NCBI RefSeq assembly: GCF_009914755.1 | Contig: NC_060932.1 | Length of the DNA stretch: 64,000 nt | DNA from: the human T2T-CHM13v2.0 reference genome, Homo sapiens | Reading direction: 5' to 3' (one strand) | Translations under genes and position numbers: made by a program | Notes under the pieces: model-generated | Database searches by the model: none | What the model was told of the DNA's origin: nothing | What the model saw: only the letters and a program-made list of their open reading frames with translations | Part shown: piece after piece, positions 16,991 through 28,785 of the stretch | How the letters are laid out: every line of letters starts with the position of its first letter | Position numbering within the stretch: position 1 is the stretch's first letter

Positions 16991-19457
16991 TATGTTTTCA
17001 AATAGTTCTTCCTTAACCACCTTACAGAAAAAAAGCAATCCCTTCTACACCTTGACCCCATCACTCTCTTCCCTTTAATCTGATTTTTTTTTCCATAGTG
17101 CTTATGGGGCTGACATGTCATAAGTGTATGTTTATGATCTCTTTCTCTCTCTCAACTAGAATATATGCTGCATGAGGGCAGGGACTTGTTCACTGATATA
17201 GCCTTAGAACTGAGAATGGTCCCTGTCAACATTTGTGTGGGTGAAAGCTGTGCATATTCTTTAAAACACAGAGTACATGTTACTTCCTAAGGGAAGCTTA
17301 CCTAACCCCCTACCTGCTAGGCCCCTAGGCTGGCTTGGCCATTCCCTCCTCTGTGCTTCTCTGCATCCTGCACTCAGAGCTTCATAACTGCCTATTTGCT
17401 GTCTAGCTCCCTCCTCACCCACACTGGTCTGCAACTTCTGTAGGCATGGACTGGGTCTTCCTCCTCCTACTGGTATCGCTGGTGCCCAGCACAACACCAT
17501 AGAAATGTTTACTCATAGGACAAAATGATGAAATTCACATGAAAGCACTTGGCAAACGTCACTCAAGAATCATCCTTTCATTTATTTTTCAATTATTGCT
17601 GATTCATCAGATTTGTCTAGAACTGTGAGGCTTCTTTTTGTTCACCACCACAGTTTTATCCAACCCTCCTCTGTTAATCATATTTTTCCATGTCCTATTT
17701 CCTCTGTGCTTCCAAAATCGCAAAATAATTTTCTCTGGTTGATGCTATTTTTCTGTATAAAATGGTGAAGGTCCTGGACTCACATGCCTGGGTTCTCTGG
17801 GCCCAGGTTGGGCAAGAAGGATTTGTGGGGGCTTTGGGAGCCTGCAGCTGGCAGCACTGGCATCGAATGAGATGAGGTGGGGGACATGGCCAAACACCTT
17901 CAGCAGTGGGCATGAGAAGGCTGTCATCCCCTCTGCTGCTTTGAGAGGCAGTTTGGGGAACCGTTCTCTGAGAACTCTCACTGGTAGCCTCATCTTGCTT
18001 GAATCTACGTCTCTCAAGACTTGGATTAGCATTTTTCCAAGATTTCTCCATAACATATCTTTCAAAAAATCCACCGGAATATGTATGTGAAATACGCTTC
18101 CTTTAACTTTGGTTTCTCTACCAGTCCCTGCAAAAAAAAAAAAAAAATGAAATTATTATCTCCAGTGAGATTGATTTTTTTCCTTCCCTATAAAAGCTTT
18201 TATCACTATGAAAAAAGAATCACCAGCCATGGTAGAAGCTGATAAATTATTGCGGTTCTTTACTGAAGTCGATTTATCGTTCTAAATACAAGGAAAAAAG
18301 GGGTGGGGGTTGGGGAGAGAGCTCTATAGAAATCTTTTTGGCATTGTGAACAATCACATGCTCTGATTGCTTTAACGTTCTATTCTAATAAAATGGAGGG
18401 TCTCCTTTAAGAAATCAGGCTTAAAATTGTTAAGTCATCGTGTGTCACTCTCCCAGAGAGGGCAAGTCTTAGAATTAAAAACAGCTGGAAGAAGGGGGCA
18501 GTACAGTAACATGAGATGTCCCAGTTCCAAAGCCTCCCAGAACAGACGCAGGCCAGAGGAGAGGCAGGAAGACACGTGCTGTGCTGGCTGACTACTGAGA
18601 ATTAGGGCAGGGAAAATTGGGGGACTCATTGGAGACATTTTTGCTCCCAAATACACTTTTTAACTCTTCCATGGCCAAGTGTAACCTGGAGTTCACAGAG
18701 TCAAAGTCGTAAGGAGAGGCTGGAGTCATCTCTGGGTAGGAATAAGTTAAATATTGGGCAATTGATTAACACCCGAATTTCATCATTGTGGCCCAAGCTT
18801 CTGACGTACCCATCACCTCTCAGGGAGCCAACACTGTCCTCCACCTCAATAATTTCTGACTTTTGTCGCTTCTACTGTGAGAGGCTGGAGGTAGAAGTCA
18901 TATCTCAGGAGAAGGATTACCCTTAGTGCTCCCTCCAGGCCCTGTGCAGCACTAGCTGTGTGACCTTGAGTAAGTTTCCTTACCCATGAGCCTTATCCTG
19001 AGCATAAACGAATTAACATCTATGAGGCATGTGGAATCGTGCTTGGCACGTAACAAGAACTGTGTGTACATTAATAAAATACTTTTTTTTGCCTTGTCCA
19101 AATACTATTTTTCCTATTCCTTTGTATAAACATTTATATTTAACTGTATTTATTTTAAAAGAAAACCTTGTCACTGCTAAAAATAGAAAAGCAATATTTT
19201 TGTTATAAAAAATGTTTTCACTTTTAGTGAAAACATTGAGAATGAAACAATGTTAATAGATTCCAGCTCTATTCCATGGCCTGTGCTAGGCTCTTTGCCT
19301 GAGGCCACTTTCTCTCTGTTAAAAAGTGAGATTAGCAAATGTTTAAGCACTAAGGATACAGTAGAACCAAAATTAAACTTTCCCTTTGATGTAACCGCAA
19401 GGATCAAGGAAGGGAGAAAGAAAGTGCCTAATAATTTTCTTATCGTAAGATTCAATA

Positions 19458-19989
<532 letters not shown>

Positions 19990-22849
19990 GGAGTCAATAT
20001 TATTTAACGTCACTTAAAAATAATCCCAGTGCCACTAATATCTTATGTGTATTTGTCCTCTACTATGGGAAAACTCACCTGTGCATGCGCATACACACAC
20101 ACACACACTCACACACATTCACTCACTGAAGTATATGTTGGGAAAATGGAGGCTTAACCTCACATCTCTCAGGGTCGAATGCTCTCTCTCCACTCCCAGC
20201 TCTGCCAGGGAGCACATGTTGCTGGGCATCTCTTGGATCTCAGAAGCTGTTTGTCCATTGGATGCTGCCTTATTACCATGGGTTAAGGTTGCCATGGGGC
20301 AGGCAGCACTTCTGATGGTGCTGTCCCCCGTTCACCATGACATTGCCTCCAAGATTCAGACTCTACTGAAGGATTGGAGGTAATTTAAGAGAATTACAAC
20401 ACAGCTTTAGATCATATCACTTTAAAGCTATTTGAAAATTATGATTATCCCTAAGGTTCTCGGAGAAAGCATCCCCTAAATTAATTTTCTTGGTAAGAAA
20501 TTCCTCGTCGGCATCCCCTCTTCCCCGACCAACTCCCAGTTCCCAACTTCCCTCCACTCTTCCCAGATGCTCTCCTTCATCAAACCAACCAACTGATCAA
20601 CTGATTGACCAGCTGATCGACCAACAGACAGACCAACCGAGCCTTCTTCTAACTCCCACTGTATTTAACGCCGCCTCTTTTCATGACATTTAACTGGCAA
20701 TCCACAGGAACTGGCTTTATCGCAGCGCCTTGTTTATGTCCTCCGTCCACAGCAGCCATTTCTTCAAGTCCAGTTTATTCAGTTGAGGTTAATATCTTGA
20801 GGAGCTTTAGGCGGGACAAGCAGTGATGGAAGCTGATCTCCCAGTTTTGCAGAGAAGAGAACTTACTTGCTCCAGTTCCCACTGAGTGGTCCCACCACCC
20901 AATACCCACTGGGCTTTGTGACAGGAAAAGGTAAGTCAGGGAAGCTGACCCAGGGTATTTTATGGCCAGACAGCCTGAAAGTGGTTTCTATTACTTCAGC
21001 CCACGTCCCCAACCTTGCGGCACTCAGCTACAAAGGCCCAACTCAACCACAAAGGAGGTTGGCAAAGCTGCCTTCTTGGGTACCCAGGGAAAGGAAATGG
21101 AATGGTGAATACACAGCATTGTCTCTGATTCCTTGCACTGGTTTGTTTAAAAGTGAGATGATGGCTGTGCTCCTATCATTTAAATAGAGAACCTGGATTT
21201 CCTGCCTGATATCTGATGATCAATTAATTATGATGCAATTCTGGGAGCTTTGCCTAACACACATATCAGGATCCAGTTGGGGGCTAGAACCTCCCCTGGC
21301 CTTTTACTTGATGCAGTGCAAGCTGAGCTTTATTGCACGTCACCTGCAGCTTAACCCCAAACCCTTCCCCTTGGGAAAGATCTCTTGTAAGTAATCATGT
21401 CTGTTGCAATGACAAGTCATGTGCAATGGTGACTGTTCACCTTGGGAGTAATTTGAGAGTTATCTTTTGCTTATTTACTTAGATTGTTTATTAGAGTTCA
21501 ATGCTAAGAGATATAAATAATATCTTTTCCTCACTTGGGAATATTGTTTTTTCATAAAATACATTAACATTTCTAAAAAGTGAATGAAGGAACTAAAAAA
21601 AATCCTCACTAAAAAAAGAAAAATTGCTTTTTCTCTATGTAGTTGTCTTCCTGATGAATCTTCATGAGGGTAGGGTGGAATGGTGGGGTGCTAGGGAGTT
21701 GGGATGAAAGGCAAGAATGCAGAATGTACCCAATTCACCTATGGCAAATAATGGGCACATTTTCTCTTTGTTTTGATGTTCTAAGTTTGACTTTTCTTTA
21801 AGACTCTTGAGTACTGACTTATATGATATTTAGTCCGAGTGAAGAGTGAGTTCCTATTTCCAAAAGTGAAACTCAGAGAATATTCTTTTTCCTCTAAATA
21901 AGTGGGCCTTTTGTCCAGAGAATGCAGACTTTTCAGGGATGAGTTTTTAAAAAGCAAACTTTAGTGCCACCACCCAGCCATCCTTAGACCCACACAAAGG
22001 AAATTAAAAGGGTAAAGCTTCAATACCGTAGACCCTGTGTGGCCCATCTTAATAAGGGCCTTGACCTGGCAGCCTGAAGGTCCCTGAGGAGCTGAGTCGG
22101 CCTCGTCTTACTGGGGAGAAGAGACAATTTCTTCCACAGGTCCCGACAGACCAGCAATAATGTAGATTACGGGTCCTGTTTTCTCAAGTTGTGTCAGAGC
22201 AAAAGGAGTCACAGGACTCCTCCTTGGTGGGGCTGATTGAGCATATTCATGGAGCTCATCTAAAGCTGCTAAGAATTTAGGGGCTGAGCTGCTTGTAATC
22301 CACCATTTCTTTCACTTCCTGGTGCTAAAAGCTAATCACTGTTTCACAACCTTTCTATCATCACTTTTGAACTACTGCATTATAATCAAATAGCATCATC
22401 CTTCTTTTAATTTAAGGCTTACAGATTTCAACTAATTTAAGGGATTCTTTAGGGGAACCAAAGAAAGAAAATCTGATGTGAATGTGATATTTGCCTAAAG
22501 AACATTGAAACCCAAAGGGAATGTCCTGGAACTCCGGCCCACAAAACCACATTTTTTTTTTTTAAATAAAGTCCCTGATGCCCAAGAATATTTTGAAATA
22601 GATTCACTATCTAGTAGATCTGTTTAGTTTAGTTTAGAGCAAAGTAGCGAGCCAAAAGAGCAAACCTACATGAAGCACCTCAGCTGCCTGGCTCCCTGAT
22701 GTCCATCTGTCTTAGCAGCCCCTGCATAGATGAAATCGGAGTGATTAGTGAAGAATAGAGTTAGGGTTAGAACCAGATGGAGATGTGCTTACTTGGTTGG
22801 GTGCAGAGGTTTTGATTTCTCTTTGGGAACAGGGCCCACATCTATCTGG

Positions 22850-23600
22850 TTTATTCATCCATATATATTTACTGAGCACTGACCATATGCTAGGCATTGA
22901 GAACACAGCCGTTGATCAGGATAGACAAGATGTCTTCACAGAGCTGATAGAGTGGGAGTATCAAATAATAAACAAAATACAAAAATAAGAAACACTGAGA
23001 TAGTGCCAAGTATTCTAAAGGAAATAAAATAGATATGAAACAAATGATAGGGAAATGAGAAGAGGGCCCTTTCAGATAGGGTGATCAAAGGCCTTTCTAA
23101 AAGAACGTTATGAATAGAGTACGGAGGATTTTTAGGGCAGTGAATCAACTCCGCATGATACTATTGTGGTGGACAAATGTCATTATACATCAATCCATAC
23201 CCATAGAATGTACAACACCAAGAGTGAACCGTAATAAAAACTATGGACTCTGGGTGAAAATGACATGCCAATGCAGGTTCATTGATTGTTAACAAGTGAA
23301 CCATTCTGGTGCAGGGATATTGATGATGGGGAAGGGTATACATGTGTGGGGGTTGGGGGTGTGTAGGAACTCTCTACCTTTTCTCAGGTTTGCTGTGAAC
23401 CTAAAACTGTTCTAAAAAATAAAGCTGATTAAAGAATTCACCACCACCACTACAACAAAAAAACCCTTAAAAAGCCAGAGGTAAATTTGAGCTGAGATAT
23501 GAATAATGAGAAGGTGTGAACAATGGTAAGAAGCCAGGGAAGAGCCTTCTGGTCAGAAGGATGGGCAAGTGCAGGAGCACAGAGGTGGGGCTGTGCTGTG
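22850..23600 (-). mobile_element. L2 fragment split by an L1MC 3' end
   Basis: attcatccatatatatttactgagcactgaccatatgctaggcattg...; resumes near 23480 with tttgagctgagatatgaataatgag. Confidence 0.6.
23122..23430 (+). mobile_element. L1MC1/2-type 3' end
   Basis: ggatttttagggcagtgaa...acccatagaatgtacaacaccaagagtgaacc...gctgtgaacctaaaactgttctaaaaaataaag. Confidence 0.8.
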
Positions 23601-23944
23601 GCATTTGCATTCCCTGTGTCTTGCCCAGGGCTGACTCCAGGAGATGCTCCATGGATGTTGAACTGAATTCAGCTTTACAGGCTGCCTCAAGAGAAGGAAG
23701 TGGGGACAAAAAAGCATTGGCATGCAGGCACATCACAGCCTAGAGGAATCTAGGCATTAGTTAGTGGCCAGGGAATCGGCTGAGAGCAAGTCTTGGTTTT
23801 TAAGTAGTCTCTGAAACTTTACAGAAGGCCTTGTATGCACAGTAAACACTCAGTGGATGTTTGTTGAATAAGAATTGAGAGACAGATAGGGACATTTGAG
23901 GACAAAATAATGGTAGATTCAGGTTGACGTCTGTTCAGGACCTT

Positions 23945-24354
23945 TTATGCTATTCCTGCTGCTATAACAAAATGCTACAGACTGGGCAATTTACAAACAA
24001 TAGAAGTTTATTTCTCACAATTCTGGGGGCTGGGAAGTCCAAGAACAAGGCATCGGTAGATTCAGTGTCTGGTGAGGGTTCAGTCTTTGCTTCTGGGATG
24101 ATTTCTTCTTGCTGCGTCCTCCAGAGGGGATGAACATGGTGTCAGGGATTGAAGGATAAAAAGGACAAACAGCTCTCTTGCAACTCTTTTATAAAGTCAT
24201 CAGTCCCATTCATGAGGGCTCTGTTCTCATGACTTCATCGCCTTTTAAACACCTCACCTCTTAATACTTCACGTTACAATACTTACTTAATACAATCATG
24301 TTGGTAATTAAGTTTCAACTTGTGAATTTTGGGGGGACACATTCAGAGCATGAC
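23945..24354 (-). mobile_element. MLT1A-type MaLR LTR
   Basis: gctgctataacaaaatgctacagactggg...ggaagtccaagaacaagg...gaattttggggggacacattcag. Confidence 0.8.
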
Positions 24355-25223
24355 ATACACATGGTTTTTTCATATTTTTTAAGTGAGCTCCTATGACATA
24401 CATACACTGGGAAAGACCAGTGCATGCCCTTTGGAGCTCTTGGAGAAGTGGAAAAGGAGGGCTGTGTGCACTACAAATCACACCACTGTGCTTCAGTGCT
24501 GTGTTGCCACCTCTGCCTGGGCAGCCTAGGTGCCATTCACAAAGAACACCATGTGTGTGCTGCCCCAGAGTTGAGTAATGGTGTTCTCCTGGGTGGGTGT
24601 ATCAGGGAAGGTGGGACATATTATCCCTCTAAATGGTCCTCCAATCTTAGGATGGAGTTACAATTATCCCCATGGGGCAGATTAGGAAAGTGAGGCAGTA
24701 AGTGGCTTGCTCCCAGCCACGAAGCTGCCAAGGGGCAGCTCTGAGATCCACACAGGTCCTCTGCCCCAAAGTCACAGCCCTTCCCCAGTGTCCCATAACT
24801 TGGCTGGGGAGGTGCCTGGGGAAGGACAGAGGAAAGAGAAAGGCAGAGGCAGAATTGCTCTCATCCACAGTGCAGGCTGTTTTGGCCTTGTGGAGCATTC
24901 TAGAATTCTTTCATGGCAGTTTGCTTCAGCTTTTCTGGGCCAGAGGATCCTAGGTGCTGCTATAATGATGTGTGCATTAGCTGGGGTCCCAGAAGGAAAA
25001 AGATGGCAGGCTCAAATCGGAAGAGAAGTTTAGAAAAGGGACTATTTGCAAGGACACAAGCAGAGTGTAGGGAACCCCCAGGTTTGGTGCTGGGAATGGC
25101 TGACCCTGCAGTGAGGCAGCTTGGAAATCCCTGCCCTGGCTGGCCTTGCCGTCCCTTCCTCCTCATTTCCTCTCTGCTGCTCCATCTGCATATGCTTTCA
25201 CCTGAGCCCCAGAGTTTGGGCAG

Positions 25224-25630
25224 TGCGGTGGGTGGAATTGTGACCACCCAGAGCCTCAGAATGGAACTCTATTTGAAAATAGAATCATTGCAGATGCAAT
25301 TAGTTAAGATGACACCAGCCTGCATTAAGGGTAGCCCTAAATCCAACTAGAGTGTCCTTAAAAAAAGAGAAAAGAACCAACAGATCTGGAGAAGGCCATG
25401 TGCAGATGGAGGCAGAGACTGGAGTGATGCACCTGCAAGCCACAGGATGCCAAGGACTGATGGAGCCATCAGAAGTGAGAAAGAGGGGAGAGGGGATTCC
25501 ATCCTTGAGCCTTCAGAGGAAACACAGCCCTCCCAGCACCTTAGTTTTGGACTTCCAGCATCCGGAACTGTGAAGGAATCAATTTCTGTTGGTTTAGGCC
25601 ATGCTGTTTGTGATAACTTGCTATGGCAGT
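25224..25630 (+). mobile_element. MLT1C-type MaLR LTR
   Basis: gaaggccatgtgcagatggaggcagagactggagtgatgc...ttttggacttccagcatccggaactgtg. Confidence 0.8.
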
Positions 25631-25854
25631 GTGGATTTTCTCTTTTTCCCTCTTGCCATGCTGAGGAATGGTCTACCTGTCTTCTTGCCTCACCCTTCTG
25701 GGGCATTTCTGGTCACCTGTCCTTGTCAAAGCTTCCACTGCTGTCTTGTATCTTATTCTCTCTCAGTGAGCTGTTGCTTCAGAAATGCATTTGACCACTG
25801 TGCACTGATAAAGGGGTTAATGATAGGTAATACTGCATCTGTTTCTCCTCTAGC

Positions 25855-26090
25855 AGTAGTAATAGCCAACATTTATATAGTTTGCATCTAGTGACAGACA
25901 CTGATATAATTATTCTTCATATATATTAACTCATTTTATTCTCATAACCTTATGATTTAGGTATTATTACTATTTCACAGATGAGGAAACTGAGCCACAG
26001 GAAGCTGTTCAATGTCACACAGTAAGAGGCAGAGCGGGCTTTGGAGCCAGACAGCTGTGGTTGTAATCAGTATGTGGCTCTGACTTTCCT
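25855..26090 (-). mobile_element. MIR
   Basis: ggtattattactatttcacagatgaggaaactgagcc. Confidence 0.75.
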
Positions 26091-26571
26091 GATGCACAGC
26101 CATGGAGAAAGCCTGGGCCAGGGGCGGGAGACCTGGGTTCTGGCAGTGGCCCATGTTCATTCTTGAGCCCAGGTGCAAGTAATTTCCCAGGATGAGGTCT
26201 TAGCCAGGATGTGGCCATGGAGCCATGCTACTTCTCCAGTCCCATCTTTCATCACCTTCCTCCCCCACTTACATTCTGGACCTCATACACACTTGCTCCT
26301 AAACATTGTGATGTTTTCTCACTTCTGGGACTCTGTGCATTTTGTTCCTCTGCCTCAGAGGCTCTTACATACTTCTTCACATGAGTAAACTGTGTCTTCC
26401 CTTTGCCATTTGCCTTGAGACTGCGTTCGGAGTACTTCCTTTGTGCACCTAACACTCTGTACTTCCCTATCAGGACAATATCAACTTAGATTATAATTGC
26501 TCGATTCCTTATAAGTCTTCTCCAGTAATCCTGATGTCTTTGAGGCCAAGAATTATGTCTTACTCTTAGGG

Positions 26572-27001
26572 TGCTATGGTTTGGATATGGTTTGTCCCCA
26601 CCTACACTCAAGTTGAAATTTGCTCCCCAATGTTGTGGTGTTGAGAGGTGTGGCCTAGTGGAAGGTGTTTGGGTTATGGGAGTAGATCCCTTATGAGCCT
26701 TTGGTGCCATTCTCCCCGGGGTTGAGTGAATTCTTGCTCTCACAAGAGTGGATTATTCTCTGAGAGAGTGAGTTGTTATAAAGGATGGAAGTGCTTCATC
26801 TTTGGCTCCTCACATGCATCAGGTTCCCCTTTGACCTACTGACATGTCTTGACCCAGCACAAAAGCCATCACCAGAAGCTGAGTAGATACCAGCCTTATG
26901 CCCCTTGTACTTGCCAGCTTGCAGAAGTGTGAGCCTAATAAACCTCTTAAATTACCTAGTCTCAGGTATTCTGCTGTAGCAACACAAAATAGTCTAAGAC
27001 C
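26572..27001 (+). mobile_element. MSTB-type MaLR solo LTR
   Basis: tgctatggtttggatatggtttgtcccc...aataaacctc...ctcaggtattctgctgtagcaacacaaaatagtctaagac. Confidence 0.85.
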
Positions 27002-27115
27002 TGGGTGATCATACATTGTAATTTCTCTAAGACAGTCTTAATTTCAAATCGTCTCAGCCCCTCTTTCACTCTCTAATGTGTCCTGATTTGGATGATAATT
27101 TGTATGGTCACTCCA
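27002..27115. mobile_element. Small hAT-Blackjack MITE (MER81/MER94-like)
   Basis: Terminal inverted repeats gggtgatcatac ... gtatggtcactcc. Confidence 0.5.
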
Positions 27116-27267
27116 CTTCACTATTATATGTATATAGCCAGGCATTGGTATGTTAAGCATCCTAGGGAGGCACTTAATATAAATGTGTTGAATAAATAGG
27201 CCTTAGCCTTCTCATCTGTGAGGACAATAATGGTGGTCCTACCAGTGTCAGGTATTTATGCAAATAT

Positions 27268-27695
27268 CGAAACTGACCCAATAGTCCCATAGACAGTTTT
27301 TTTTAAAATAAATATAGAAAGGGACCCTTCTGGTCTTAAAGCTCGAAACTCACCAGATCCAGACAATGAGATGCCAAGCCTCTCAAAAGGTATCAAAGAA
27401 CTGAAACTCACCAGATCATCGCATCCATACAATGAGACACCAGGCTGTGATTCATCAGATTGCTTCCTTATCTTTCCTGAGTTCCTGTTTTCCTGTACAT
27501 AGTTACGTTTCTTCCCTGCTACGTAAACTCCTAATTTTAGTTGGTTAGGGAGATGGATTTGAGACTGATCTCCCACCTCCTTGGCTGCAGCACCCAGTAA
27601 AGCCTTCTTTCTTGGCAATAATTGCTGTCTCAGTAATTGCCTTTCTGTGTGGCAAGCAGCAGGACCTAGACCAAACCCCCGGTGTTTTGGTAACA
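27268..27695 (+). repeat. 5' LTR (MER66-type)
   Basis: (c)gaaactgacccaatagtcccatagacag...cagcaggacctagaccaaacccccggtgttttggtaaca. Confidence 0.9.
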
Positions 27696-27700
27696 GATTT

Positions 27701-27718
27701 TGTTTCCCTGATTGGGAA
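27701..27718 (+). promoter_or_regulatory. Retroviral primer-binding site, tRNA-Glu-like
   Basis: TGTTTCCCTGATTGGGAA matches TGGTTCCCTGACCGGGAA (complement of the tRNA-Glu 3' end) at 15/18, 5 nt after the LTR. Confidence 0.75.
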
Positions 27719-28485
27719 CCGATTTGGTTCCCTCCTGGCTCGGTTGCCATGGGCTGAGTGTCTCAGAAGCCCCATAAAAAGCTGCCCATTTAATCTTGGC
27801 TGGAGGTCAGTTTCCATCTCTCTCTGGCCCCACCACAGCTGGCCCCAACTGCATTCTCGATTGACTTGGAAGAACTGCCTTTGAAATTTGACATCTGCAT
27901 CCAGATAGGTGAGTGTCCTTTGTGGACCCTGACAGTGGGGTCTGCTCCTCTCAATCTGGGAAATTTTTAAAGGAATTTCCATTTGCAGGTTGAACAAGCC
28001 CAACTAAGAGAGGGAAGCACCCTGACTGTTTCAGTATAGATACTTTTGGGGGCTTGTTTGAAATTGTTGTGTGTGTGTCTGGGCAAGTGAATGTCTTTTG
28101 TGGGTCCCAGAGAGTGGGATTAGCTCTTCTTAATTTGAGAAATTCTGGAAGAATTTTTGTTTGCAAGCATGTTATAGATGGTCTGTGTAAGTCATATGTA
28201 TTTTTTCCTGTTTCTCTGTCTTTGTGCAGATCCAGATAAAATAGAAAGTTGAAAAAGTTTAGATAGTAAAATATTCTTTAAAATCAGATAGAAAATTAAA
28301 GAAATCTGGTTAATTAACATTGCTCATAAAACTCTTAGTCTTGATGAAACAAGTACCCTGACTGTTTCAAGTTAGACATTCTTGGGGCTTGTTTGTTACT
28401 GCAGCAGTTGGATTGTGTTTTGATGATTGTGTGTGTATGTTTGATACAGTCTTGGGAAATTCTAATTCAGTAAACTGATATTCTC

Positions 28486-28785
28486 TTTTTTTTTTCTTTT
28501 TTTGAGACAGAGTCTCACTCTGTCTCCCATGTTGGAGTGCAGTGACACGATCTTGGCTCACTGCAATCTCCACCTCCTGGGTTCAAGAAATTCTCATGCC
28601 TTAGCCTCCCGAGTAGCTGGGACTACAGGTGCATACCACCACACCTGGCTGATTTTTGTAGTTTTAGTACAGATGGGGCTTCACTGTGTTGCCCAGGCTG
28701 GTCTTGAACTCCTGGCCTGTTGCAATCCACCTGCCTCAGCCTCCCAAAGTGCTGGGATTACAGGTGTGAGCCACCATGCCCGGCC
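28486..28785 (-). mobile_element. Alu inside the ERV
   Basis: Full dimer. TSD tgatattct at 28476-28484 and 28786-28794. Confidence 0.9.

Noticed and set aside
20578-20642. 4-nt-periodic tract caaccaactgatcaactgattgaccagctgatcgacc
   Set aside because: Best explained as a decayed (ACCA/ACTG)n tetranucleotide microsatellite.
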